A stretch of DNA of 62,891 nt, the filler included, from Globobulimina sp. (taxonomy: Eukaryota): NCBI GenBank assembly GCA_003354225.1. It is 14 parts of 14 records of this genome, joined end to end, with 100 filler letters (N's around TTAATTAATTAA, not from the genome) between each part and the next. Parts side by side here need not be neighbours in the genome. Positions count along the whole stretch, not along the records: positions 49,516 to 53,908 come from PIVH01001285.1; positions 54,009 to 58,400 come from PIVH01001286.1; positions 58,501 to 62,891 come from PIVH01001287.1; 11 more parts are not named here. One strand, given 5' to 3'. Below the pieces are notes generated by a model that made no database searches, had not been told where the DNA came from, and saw nothing but the letters and a program-made list of their open reading frames with translations. Position 1 is the stretch's first letter, and the number at the start of each line of letters is the position of its first letter. Positions 49,416 through 61,093 of this stretch are shown in pieces. The translations under genes were made by a program, and so were the position numbers.

Positions 49416-49515
49416 NNNNNNNNNNNNNNNNNNNNNNNNNNNNNNNNNNNNNNNNNNNNTTAATTAATTAANNNNNNNNNNNNNNNNNNNNNNNNNNNNN
49501 NNNNNNNNNNNNNNN
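49416..49515. other. Artificial contig spacer
   Basis: 44 N + TTAATTAATTAA + 44 N. Confidence 0.99.
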
Positions 49516-49583
49516 TATTGCATAGATTTGTCTCTTCTTTCATATGCTAGAATCCTGGAAAAATCTATCCTTGCACTGTCGTC

Positions 49584-49778
49584 TATGAGGTGAGAACCCT
49601 GATATTAAGATTTTCTTGAAGTGAGCTAGTCATCGTTATCACCTCACAAACGACAAATTTTTAGTTTTCTTGCCAGTTTCGTCATCGCTTTGATATTATG
49701 TGATCTAGAAATTTGTCGTTTGTCGTTTGTGAGGTGATAACAGGGATTTTAAGATTTTCACGAAGTAAGCTAGTCATC
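49584..49778 (+). repeat. Short repeat element: 144-bp tandem unit with 23-bp perfect inverted repeats; candidate non-autonomous transposon
   Basis: Inverted repeat 49635-49657 / 49719-49741; direct repeat 49605-49634 / 49749-49778 (27 of 30 identical); related copy at 9689-9785. Confidence 0.8.
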
Positions 49779-49987
49779 ATTATACTTTACTTGAAAAGTT
49801 TTCAAGTTGCCAACTTTTTATTGTATATCCTTGCACATTATACTTTGATAATAAATTGCAACAAAAAAAATGAATATTATTTAATACTAAGCAAAGAAAA
49901 ATAGATAATTATATATACTAATTTCTGTACAAAGAAAAAGAGAAATTCCTGTGAAAAAAAGGGGGAATTTCTGTAAAAGATTAAGAA

Positions 49988-52215
49988 TTAAGAATTAGTA
50001 ACAAGATATCCATCATTTTCAACCTCAACCTCAATCATTTCCACTTCAATTTCAATTTCTGTTTCATCGTCGCCTTCATCTTCAATTGCGTTGGCATCAA
50101 TAATTTCAAATGATTTTTTCGTCATTGCCACCATTCCCTTGTCGTTGCCATCATTATCTCGTAATTGCTCGGTACCTTTTTCAAATTGCCGTCCTTTTCC
50201 TTGTTTCTTCTTTTTCAAATAAATGGCAATACCAACAACCATACAAATAAAAACTAAGAGCATGGCTACTATGACAAACCATACAGTCCACGGCCAACGC
50301 ACATTATTTCCATCCTCGTCCACCGTCATCACCATTGCCGCCTGGCCCATACACGATGTCAATGGATACATCTCAGAACTCCCAGTCATGGACGCAATAA
50401 TATTTATGCCATAATAAGCACCGCCATTCATTTTGACACTCGCAGGTTCAGCCAAAGCGCCGCCGGATATGCTACATTGAAATGCAGTGCCATAAGATAT
50501 ACATCTTTGAAACTCATTATTGTTCTGATTCGAGCCTCGTATCTCAAAACTGGTGATTTTTGCTGGAGAGCCAGTGATCATGGCATACATTGAAGACCTC
50601 GACGACCCCCAATATGGATTTATCTTCATTGCGCCTACAAAGTATAAAGAATATGTACAAAGAATATGTACAAAGAATATGTATAAAATAAAATAAAATA
50701 TAACAAACCCCAATTACTACTTACTCCACAATCGCCGGATGAGCTCGATATCGATGTGGATGTGGATGAACTCGTAGTGGATGAGGTGGTGGACGATGTA
50801 GTAGGTATATTGCATGCTGATGTAGCTAGATCCGCATAACAATGGCTGCTCCCCGGAGTCGTACAGCCGCCATCATTTGTACAACATTGTCCACATTTTG
50901 CATTTGCATCGCTCCATGTTGCTCCGCATCGGGTACTGCCGCTACATAATGAGCCAGAGCCAGAGCCAGAACTAATAGGGGTGGGAGTGGTGGTGGTTGT
51001 GGTTGTGGGTGCAGTGGGCCGTGCTGTTGCATCCGGATCCCAATTGGCAGCAGCAGCCTCGTTAGCGAGTTGGAATTGCGGCGATTGGTTGTTTTCAGTG
51101 TAAAATTGCCAACACATAAAGCCAGTGTTCCATACAGGAGAGTTTGCAGCCAATGCCCGATTAAAAATATTTTTCAACGTTACACCATCCACAAAATCGT
51201 TTCCATCGCCGGCTGAATGTTTGCCGACAACGATCTTGTTTGCCGGAATGGATACTGTTTCTGGATTGTGTCCATTAATCATTTGATAAACTGCAGAATT
51301 TGCACTCCAACCAACCGATATTCTGAACATATTCGCGAATGTGTTATAAGTGCTGGAGCCTTGATTATAAAATTGCACATTGTACCAATCTATCAGGTGG
51401 CCAACATTTGTGTGAACAGTCAAATAGCCGCCACTTACATATTGATTCAATGTACTGCCCATAAAATATGGCGCTTGTGGTGCGTGTGTGATATAATATA
51501 GCTTTTGAATGGGATTTAATACGTTTGATAAAGTGGTGGTCAGTGTGCTTAACCATGCTTCTCCAGCACCTGCGGCGTTAAAATATGAGCCTTCCTCCCA
51601 ATCTATGTCTACTCCATCGTATAGATATGATATTGTATACGAGCCTAAATCTGTGGCAATATCTGTTGCAGCATAGCCTGCAGATTGTGGATGATCTGTG
51701 GCGCCAAATGCGGATACAAATATTTTGATATTGTTGGCCACGTAAATTGCTTTTATTGCCGCTCTTAATTCAGCTGAACTTGGAGTGGTCGAACCAGTTA
51801 ATGTTTGACGTAATGTGCTGTCGGTTATATACAAGTTTAAGTTTTCCCAACACCCCGTCGCTGTCGCTGCAGCACCTGATATATATATTATTTATTGGAA
51901 AATATTGGTAAAATGTGTGATATAATGTACCTGCGCCAGTGCTTGAAAACCAAAATGCAAAATTCAGAACATTGTAAGGATGGTCGCTATAGCCTGGAAC
52001 ACCACTTTTAAATTTAAAGATATATATATATATATTGGTCATGTACTGTCGCTGCAGTATATTGTAACACTTAACAGATTGCTTAAAAGTTTAGCATTGT
52101 ATGCGTTGCCCCAGTTGGGACCAATTTGTCCAACATAAGATACGAAATATGGGTACGACATTGTCGATAATGTTAACATCAATAGCAATGACACGGATAT
52201 TAACATGGTTGACAT
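49988..52215 (-). CDS. Membrane-anchored GH18 chitinase: signal peptide, GH18, Cys-rich module, expansin-like beta domain, TM helix; three introns
   Basis: VSAFGA, YDGVDIDWE (DxxDxDxE-type catalytic motif), ITHAPQAPYF, IDWYNVQFYNQ; RCGATWSDANAKCG; Thr/Ser linkers; C-terminal TM followed by KKKK. Confidence 0.9.
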
Positions 52216-52346
52216 GGTCCAATGGGTGAAAAGTCGAAAATCTTATTTGTAACGGGAAAAACTGGTTTTTTCTCTTTAAAAACAGATTTTTACGATGAAT
52301 ATTTAAAATGTGATATTAATGAAGATATTAAAACAAATGACAGACT

Positions 52347-53139
52347 TTATTTGGTCATTTTGGTGTCAATAAATTTTTGTTTGTGTGTTACGCAAATCCA
52401 TGATAATAAAAACTGATACAACATCTCGCCCCAATATTTGTATCCATTTGGTGTGAAATGTAGCCCATCACTCCAATATAATTGTTTTTTATCGTCGGCT
52501 AAGTTATGAAATCTTAATTTATTATATAAATCGAAAAACATTACGCTGTTTTTATTCTCATTTGCATATTCTTTCAAACTATTATTTATTTGGTGTCGCT
52601 TCTCAATAACTTTATCATTTTGTTTCTCACATTCTGGGATACTGACAATCACAGATTTAGCTCCATGTTGATGACATATTTCATGCATTTCGATGATTTT
52701 ATTAATTATTTTTTGTGTGTCGCCAACAAGAGCAATGTCGTTGGTTCCTGCACATATCACTACCAAATCAAATCTTATATTTTTATCTGGCTTCAAACAT
52801 TTATTTAATCTCTCAATCATATTAATTGCACATTGTCCGGGCAGTCCTCGTGTTACTATGTTTAATTCGTTTTTATTTATTTCAAAATTATCAAATATTA
52901 AAGATTCCAATGTCTTTGAAAATGGACTGTAAAATACTGATTTTGGCATTCCTGTCTTTGGATCTTTATACCAATCTGTACAGAAAATAATTAACATTGA
53001 AACAAATCTAACGTTAACCATCAAAATGCATATATTAACTGTCCCAATCTCTGTAAAAACCAGCAATCAGTGATGCACCAAAACACAAAATATTCAATTG
53101 TGCTCTATTTTCGTCACTTTGAGAAAATAACGATCCCAT
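52347..53139 (-). CDS. SGNH/GDSL hydrolase with MGSLFS myristoylation-like start; one intron
   Basis: ILCFGASL block I, GLPG block II, AGTND block III, DGLHF block V. Confidence 0.88.
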
Positions 53140-53278
53140 ATTGACGTACGTAGTAAATCGGCACTTCAGTACAGTTCTCAAAATTAAAAATGAACAGAAT
53201 CCTTCAAGTAAAATAAACAAAACAATTAAGAAAGCAACGAATAATTTATTATAGTTTTAAAGCAACAGCAATATATAT

Positions 53279-53908
53279 CTATGGTAATTTATTTGAATAT
53301 GAAGAAATGTAACATTGCTCAAATGTGATTGGTTGTGTTTGTTTTTGTATGTAATTGTTAGATTGATCGGAGTCTTCGGATTGAAACAAATGTTTAAATT
53401 GATTCTGTGTATCTATTTTTGAGGCAGTTTGTAAACTGACACATTTAAATGAAGATGATAGTTTCGTATTAATTTGTATTATATTCTGAATTTGCAAAAT
53501 AAACAATAATAATATTATTAATGCAAACGATTTGTAATATGCTTTCTTTAAGATAACAATCCCTATAAATGTCATAATTGGTATATACAAACCGTAAATA
53601 ATATTTGTTAACAATTCAATCCATACAAATCGACCAATGTTAATTGAATATGTCTTATCTGTATGTTGGAAATACGTAATTAATAAATGCTTAAATATGA
53701 GCAATGTCATTATAAAATGTATAAAAGAAAAGAATAATATTAACGGACTGCAAATGGAGTACGTTACCGTTATTATCAATTCTAACGATAAATTTGCATA
53801 AAAATATACAAAATCAAATTGTCGATTTTTATTATTGAAGCTGAATAAATCGATAATATAATATTGTATTGGATAAAATAAACAGATTGGATCTAAAATA
53901 AACGCAGT
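53279..53908 (-). CDS. OSCA/CSC1/TMEM63 family channel, C-terminal part
   Basis: FDFVYFYANL..LIITVTYSICSPLIL...LIFKHLL..Y...GRFVW pattern. Confidence 0.75.
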   Translation of the reverse strand, partial: TAFILDPICLFYPIQYYIIDLFSFNNKNRQFDFVYFYANLSLELIITVTYSICSPLILFFSFIHFIMTLLIFKHLLITYFQHTDKTYSINIGRFVWIELLTNIIYGLYIPIMTFIGIVILKKAYYKSFALIILLLFILQIQNIIQINTKLSSSFKCVSLQTASKIDTQNQFKHLFQSEDSDQSNNYIQKQTQPITFEQCYISSYSNKLP

Positions 53909-54008
53909 NNNNNNNNNNNNNNNNNNNNNNNNNNNNNNNNNNNNNNNNNNNNTTAATTAATTAANNNNNNNNNNNNNNNNNNNNNNNNNNNNNNNNNNNN
54001 NNNNNNNN
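53909..54008. other. Artificial contig spacer
   Basis: 44 N + TTAATTAATTAA + 44 N. Confidence 0.99.
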
Positions 54009-57000
54009 AAGAGATATTATCCGCATTGATGGCATTTGAAGAATAAATATATTGGTTCTGGATGAATGCATATGAGGCATTGTACATATTTAATATATTG
54101 CCAGTTATTGCACCGCCTTCGTTCATATTCATCAAAAACACATTCAAAGCATTGTTTGCATTGATTACATTCCCCATCATCGTACCCGACGACATGGACA
54201 TTGTCGCTATGTGTACATAGTCGGCATAAATGGTGTTATTTGTAATCATCGCACTCGTCAGATTTAAACTAAATTGCTGCACTTTATCGACAAATAAACT
54301 GTTATTAGAAAACGAAGACGCCATAATATCCATAAATAAGCGATCGACATTGGCCGATTGGATAACATTTGAGGACGCATTGTTGTTTATTAAAGAGATA
54401 TTTTGTGCATTACATAACGATGCATCAATCCTATTGTTTGTAAATAACACATTCGATGCTGTCATATTACAGATATTAAACACGGAGTGTGTTAGTATCG
54501 CATTTCCATTGCCATTGATATATAATTGTTTGGATCCATATCCATTCACAGTCAATTGGTTCAATACACACTCATCATCGCATATTATAGTAATGGACGC
54601 ATGGCCAACATCATAAATATTCATATTATTACAATTGCCATTACAATTAATTGAGAGTGTATTATTATTATAATTGTGATTATTGATTGATACGTCATTG
54701 CATTCCCCATTGCAATGGAAATTAAATTTATTTATGCCGTTGCTATTCACCTTCATATTGTTGCAATTGTCTTGACCGTCACAATAAATATTGCATACAG
54801 CGTCTGCTGTGTCTATACCAGCATGGAATGACGGACAATGTACCTCGACATTGTTACAATTAATATTATGATCGCAGTATACATTCAATCCCGTTGCTTT
54901 ATTTGCTTTTATTACCTCATTTTCGCAAATATATTCATGGTATAATAAGTCAGTACAGTTTACAATACACAAATCGTCATTTAATACGGCACAATTAAAT
55001 GGCGAACATTGTGGTTCATGGAATGCGTCAATAATATCACCGCAGCAATCATCATCGCAGCCTCCCTTTGTAAAAACCGATGGTTGCAACGCGTTGCCAT
55101 TACAATACAAATTCCACTCATTAACACATAAGGAAGTCATGTCAGCGTCGCAGGGACAATTTGTAACATTGAAATTAATGTCATCCGTCACTGCCGCGTC
55201 TAAAATAAATAAATTCAACTCTTTACAGCCATAATAATCACAGAATATCCATGCTTTTTTCTCGCGATTAGCTGCATTCTGCGGCGGTATGTATGCGGTG
55301 ATATTATGACAACCGGTCATAGAATTCACTGAATCTGAGGATGAGCATTGTAACTCAAAATGTGTAGTATTGGCTGCTTTCAATATGGAATTACTGCATA
55401 TACCCTCAGCTCCGTTGCAATTAAATATAAAATCATCGCAATGTGTACAATCTAATAATAATCCATCACATAGTCCCTCTGCACAATCCACCTTCAAACT
55501 GCCCATTGCATTAACATCAAAACCCAAACACCCGTTATTCAAACAATTCAACTCCACCAAATCCGAATTAATAATCCTTACATCAACACAGCTTTCATCG
55601 GCAGTACAATCCAATACAAATTGCCCCGTCATTTGCGCGTCAATATGCAATGAATTGCATCCTTTTTCCCCATCACAACGTACATTACACACCGCATTCG
55701 GGCCATCCTTTGGACACAATACAGTCAAATTAGTACACGCATCGTCCCCACCATGGCATAACACGGCTAATGAGGTGGCATCTGTGCCATTAATAACGCT
55801 CTTCGCATTGCACGAGAAATTATTAAACAATGTATGTGACGCAGAGACATTGCTGCAGTCAACAAAGCAGTCCACATCCGGAGCACACATATAATGATAA
55901 TCATCCCCGCATTTTTTCTCATGCATCGCGTCAATTATATCTCCGCAACATACTCCATCCTCGCCAATGCACTGTGTGGCCGATATGAATTGCGATTTGT
56001 TCAAATATGTATCCGTGTCGGCATCGTATGTGCAATAAATATCCCATGAATCGATACATGCGGTCTTTCTGTCTTCGTCGCACGGACATTGCAGAGGGAT
56101 GAAGGTAATGTCATTTGCGTTATTTTGGGTATACAAATCCAAGGATTTACAGCCATATTCAATGCAGGTTATGAATGTTTTGCCCGTTGCCATTGGAGCG
56201 TAAATTTCAAAATGCTCATCGCACCGACCATGGCAGGTTAAGCTGAAGTTATTTGCATATTTGGCATCAACCATACTGTGGCCAGTAACCGCCGCATTTG
56301 TTTTTATATTTATATTGATTTTATTCGTGACCGCTGTAGCAAATATTTGCGTTTTGTTGCGTAAGGATACATTATTTAGGTTCACGTTGTGGTTATGAGC
56401 TACATTCAAGACCGAATGGTCGATAATGCCAAGCGATACGTTACATAAAAAAGTATTGGTTGCATTCACCATCGTATTTGCTGTAATTTCACAGTTAGTT
56501 AAGTTCAAATAAGCAGTGTCCGGTAAATTAATATAACTGTTCGATATGACCACATTACGAATGTCAACAAACCTGTTAATATCCCCAAAAATGTTATTAT
56601 CACTAAACGCGGATTTTAAATCAGAAATAATTGCGAGATTTGGGACCTGTAATACATGGAAATCATTTTGAAATATATTTGCGTGGTTAAACAATGCAAT
56701 ATTCACTGTTGACTGTGTTGAGCGTGCATTATCAAATAAAAATGTATTATCTGAAACAGCGCCAAATGTGTCGACATATAATGATAAACCATGCGTGTTT
56801 ATGGTGCCATTTATTAGCGAATTGGTTAACGCTCCTTTATCGTATACGGATATTGTGATCACTGCGGAGTGCGCGGCTTCATTGTACGTATCAATTGATA
56901 TATTATTACAGATAGCTTGTTGCGAGCAATCTAAATTAACCGTAGCAGAGTTATGGACGGAAATATCTAATGATTCGCAGACCGGATCGCTGGCATTGTT

Positions 57001-57506
57001 TCGTGTGATGCAGGATATATTCATGGTGTTCTCCCTCTGGTTACTTATGATCATATTGTTACAGACTCTGTTACCATTCATGCAATTTACTTCGACCGAA
57101 TTGCTGTCTGTGTGCAACATCTCCACTCCATAACATCCGTCATCATACATACAATCAATACGGCAAAAATTATCGAGAGGGCGATAAAGGGGACAGACTA
57201 TCGATAAATATTGACATCCCGAGGCATAGTCATTGCATATAATATGTAGACTTGTTGACATATTTGCTTTTACTTCTGATGACTCATTGCAATGCAAATG
57301 TTTGTTATATACACCATTCTGTGTCTGGTTGGCGCAATTAATGACACACGCTTCATTTGGATGGCATGTAATTTCGGCAGCATAATTTGCATAAATCATC
57401 ATTGCTGTACGTGGAATATGCAGACATTTCGTTTATGTGCATGTGCAAGGATGTCACAAATATATGGCATACCAATGAGCAATGCATGATACAAGTAACC
57501 AGACAT
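54009..57506 (-). CDS. Large secreted or surface Cys/Asn-rich repetitive protein, 3' truncated; intron within the signal peptide
   Basis: Spliced start MSGYLYHALLIAMMIYANYA; more than 1130 open codons of C-x4-5-C-x4-(I/V)xC repeats alternating with Asn-rich solenoid-like blocks. Confidence 0.8.
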
Positions 57507-57686
57507 AAGGCGCCTTACTACTGCAACCTAAACAGAGTTGATTCGGTGGTTAAAATGACTTTTGTAATGAGTATTGTGCAAAGAAAAACTCCTTACTGAG
57601 TAACTGTGAGTCAGGCCGTCTGGATTCAGACTTCCGTCCTGATTATCACTGACTCCTGAGTGAATCATATCAAAACATTCAACGAC

Positions 57687-57794
57687 CACTGCAGACACAA
57701 CTTTTGAGCTAATTTATTGTGGTGAGCAAACAACTCCAAAAGTTGAACTCCGATCACCACAATGAAAATTAGCTCAGTAGTTGTGACTGCAGTG
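57687..57794. repeat. Fold-back element with ~40-bp imperfect inverted arms
   Basis: cactgcagacacaacttttgagctaatttattgtggtga (57687-57725) pairs with tcaccacaatgaaaattagctcagtagttgtgactgcagtg (57754-57794). Confidence 0.85.
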
Positions 57795-58308
57795 ACTGTG
57801 TTTACATAAAAAGCAGTGGCTAAACAGTTTTTATCCAAAAAAGTCCAGTAAAAGTAGTATTACTCACGTGGTATTACTCAACTCTTTTTGACCAGTTTAC
57901 TGACTTAGTGAGAGTAAAATAGAAACAAAAACACAAACAAAAAACATAAAACATTATACAAAACATAAAAATGTGATGAATTATGAATAACAAAAATGTG
58001 ATGTAAAAATGCTATTATCCATAATGCATATATTATAAAATATTCCATAAAATCCATTCAATATTATTCCAAATACCACATTGGAAAAAAAGAAGGAAAG
58101 GATTGGTGGTTATAAGCCACCGCAGATTGAATAGAAAAATTGGAAAAAGAAAAAAGAAAAAAAAGTAATTTGGAAAGAAAGGATTTGGGGTCTTGGATGA
58201 CCACGGATTGGATGAAAAAATTTGGATTTGGATGAAGATGATGATGATGATGATGAGCTAGTGCATGCCCATTATCATAACTTAAATTTATTGTTTTGTT
58301 TTTTATCG

Positions 58309-58330
58309 ATCTGACAGTTAACTGTCAGAT
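58309..58330. repeat. Perfect 22-bp palindrome
   Basis: atctgacagttaactgtcagat equals its own reverse complement. Confidence 0.9.
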
Positions 58331-58400
58331 ATCTCTCCTTGCACACAAAAAAAACATTTATTCGTTTCTAAAAATAAAAAAATAAAAATAAACTACAGCG

Positions 58401-58500
58401 NNNNNNNNNNNNNNNNNNNNNNNNNNNNNNNNNNNNNNNNNNNNTTAATTAATTAANNNNNNNNNNNNNNNNNNNNNNNNNNNNNNNNNNNNNNNNNNNN
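58401..58500. other. Artificial contig spacer
   Basis: 44 N + TTAATTAATTAA + 44 N. Confidence 0.99.
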
Positions 58501-58501
58501 G

Positions 58502-60820
58502 AAGAAAAGGAAAAAGGAGCGGAAAATATTGCGTGCGTTTATTAACCGGCAAACCACGGTAAAATCCATTGGCGGGTTGACTGCGTTGGGCGATAATAAT
58601 GGCATAAATAACGCGTTATATAATGACAATTATTCGCATATAACGTCGAAACCCAGCTCGCAAGACCGGGGACAGATGATTGGCAATGAATTAATCAACG
58701 ATTTCTACTCTGGCTATGATAACAACAGAAACTCTTCGCTGCGCACGGGGCAGCGCACCACCATGCGGTCCATGAATGACTTTATGGGAAATGAGGAGGA
58801 AAATGATCGGAAATACAACCAACACAAAGCCTATACTTGTGAGGCTATGGCTTGGTGTCGGTTGCCGATGATTGACCATCGCCATTGTCTGAGGAAAGGC
58901 ACACTGAAGTTACAAATGTGGACAGTGGAAGTTTTCGAGAAAAAAAAGGGTGGTCCGAAAATCGACCCGTATACCACTGGAATGTGGAAGAAGTTTGGTT
59001 CCATTCGGGACTGTAATTTGCGTAAAAAAAACACTTTGAATTCAGTGGTGTTGAGTATTAATTTCTTACTCAATCAATATAAGTTTGCCGTGGTAGCACC
59101 CATTGTAAACCAACGAAGACCGCATTGGATATCGAGTAAAATAAAAGCACATAAAAAGAAGGACTATTCCGGCAAAGGCGTACTAGCGAATATTATTACG
59201 CGCGATGGCATATTCCCGATGGATGAGCGCGACAAATTATTGGTGTACAGTAATAAGGAGAAATTAATGCGAGATCCGGCCACTATCCCTACGTTTTTAC
59301 GTAGTGTAAGTTGGTTAGATCAAGAGTCGAGAATGGAGGCTTATGACTATTTAGAACGATGGAATTCGCCCAAGGATAATCCTGAAGACATGATCGAATT
59401 ATTACGCTATGAATTTGCAGATAATCGCATCAGATTATACGCCGTCAATTGTTTGAACCAATTGGACGACTTCGCTTTGAATCGGTGTCTGTTGCAATTG
59501 GTGCAAGCTCTGAAAAACGAAACGCATCACAGCAGCTTTTTAAGCAGATTCTTAATTATGCGCGCACTCAAAAACCCGTTCCAAATCGGACATTATTTAT
59601 TTTGGCACTTAAAATCCGAATATCACGACAATAACTTGCAGTTTGTGGAGAGATATGGCGTGTTGTTGGCGGAATATTTGCTGCATTTACCATATTATCC
59701 ATTGCATACAAATATAAATTTAGCCAAACAACTCTGCGATGAGAACAATTTGATAAACAGACTCAAATTTATCTCAATCACTATCAAGAACGCGAAGGCC
59801 AAAAAAAAATGGAGCACCAAGAATTTGACGAATTTGTTGCAAAATGAATTGATGCGACTCAATACGGAATTTTTCAACGACAACTCTGAGATAACATTGC
59901 CGTTAAATCCGTCGTACAAAGTGAGCCGGATTCAGTTTGATCGCTGTCGGTTTATGTCGAGTGCGAAGGTGCCGCTATGGTTGGAATTCGATGCAGCGGA
60001 TCGATATTATGATAAATCCATCTCAGTGATGTTCAAATGTGGCGACGATTTGCGACAAGATATACTTTGCTTGCAATTGATATCCATTATGGACGCTTTC
60101 TGGTTGTCTGAAGGCATTGATTTGAATATGCGAACGTATGAAGTGATTGGTACCGGTTATCAGGTTGGAATGGTGGAGCTTGTGCTAAATAGCAAGACTA
60201 CCAATGATATCAATAAGTCGCTATTAGGCGGAAACAAGTCGCATTATAAGTATATAAACAACAAAACCAGCATCAATAAGCACTTGACATTGGCGGAGAA
60301 AACAAATAATTACATTCGCAGTGTGGCAGGTTTTAGCATCGCGACCTGGACTCTTGGCGTCGGCGACCGCCATCCGGACAATATCATGATCCATCAGGAC
60401 GGCACACTCTTTCATATAGATTTTGGACACTTTTTGGGCAATTTCAAGGAGAAAGATATTGGTGGTTTGGTGAAGTGGAAACGCGAGAAAACACCTTTTG
60501 TGTTTACCAATGCGATGAAATATTGCATTGAGAAGGACAGTAAGCAGTCCTTTACAGAGTTTGTCAAGTGGCTATTCAATGCGTATTGCGAGGTTCGAGT
60601 GAGATATAAGTTCTTTGTGAATTTGTTGCTATTGATGGTACCCTCTCAAATGCCCGAATTGATAACGGAATCGGATGTGTCGTTTTTTCGAGAGATTCTT
60701 AGGTTCGATCTTGTCAATGCAGAGTCCATTGCGTCGCACGTCGAGTCTACACTTAAATTGTGTTTAGACGATAAAAATAAACGAATCGATGATATGTTTC
60801 ATAGAATAGCTCATATGTAA
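58502..60820 (+). CDS. Phosphoinositide 3-kinase catalytic subunit (class I-like; C2 end, helical and kinase domains), 5' partial
   Basis: LLQLVQALKNE, IGHYLFWHLKSE, MSSAKVPLWL, FKCGDDLRQD, LGVGDRHPDNIM, LFHIDFGHFLG and REKTPF. Confidence 0.95.
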   Translation, partial: KKRKKERKILRAFINRQTTVKSIGGLTALGDNNGINNALYNDNYSHITSKPSSQDRGQMIGNELINDFYSGYDNNRNSSLRTGQRTTMRSMNDFMGNEEENDRKYNQHKAYTCEAMAWCRLPMIDHRHCLRKGTLKLQMWTVEVFEKKKGGPKIDPYTTGMWKKFGSIRDCNLRKKNTLNSVVLSINFLLNQYKFAVVAPIVNQRRPHWISSKIKAHKKKDYSGKGVLANIITRDGIFPMDERDKLLVYSNKEKLMRDPATIPTFLRSVSWLDQESRMEAYDYLERWNSPKDNPEDMIELLRYEFADNRIRLYAVNCLNQLDDFALNRCLLQLVQALKNETHHSSFLSRFLIMRALKNPFQIGHYLFWHLKSEYHDNNLQFVERYGVLLAEYLLHLPYYPLHTNINLAKQLCDENNLINRLKFISITIKNAKAKKKWSTKNLTNLLQNELMRLNTEFFNDNSEITLPLNPSYKVSRIQFDRCRFMSSAKVPLWLEFDAADRYYDKSISVMFKCGDDLRQDILCLQLISIMDAFWLSEGIDLNMRTYEVIGTGYQVGMVELVLNSKTTNDINKSLLGGNKSHYKYINNKTSINKHLTLAEKTNNYIRSVAGFSIATWTLGVGDRHPDNIMIHQDGTLFHIDFGHFLGNFKEKDIGGLVKWKREKTPFVFTNAMKYCIEKDSKQSFTEFVKWLFNAYCEVRVRYKFFVNLLLLMVPSQMPELITESDVSFFREILRFDLVNAESIASHVESTLKLCLDDKNKRIDDMFHRIAHM

Positions 60821-61093
60821 TGTAATGTAAATTAAATGTTATATTGTACTTATTTATAGAAGTTATTTGATTTATATGTGTCGTAGATTGTCTTTTTAAT
60901 TGTGTTTTTTCTGTTATTTCTTTTTTTTGTGCATGTTTGTCATATTTACATCCATTCTTGTTTTAGTTTTTGTTGTAATTTGTTTGCGTTGTAGATTGTA
61001 TCGAGACAATGTTTGTTTTCACTTTTAATTTTGCCTTTATTAAAACGTATACAAAACAAAACCATGGTAAGACTAGTGTCACATATTTAAATC

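Noticed and set aside
49584-49778. CRISPR array
   Set aside because: Only two 30-bp repeats, a 114-bp self-complementary interval, no cas genes, eukaryotic context.
50640-50700. 13-bp tandem repeat gaatatgtacaaa
   Set aside because: Ordinary slippage repeat inside a chitinase intron.
58020-58280. Purine-rich stretch with GAT microsatellite as a gene
   Set aside because: No frame with a credible start and motif; treated as low-complexity DNA.
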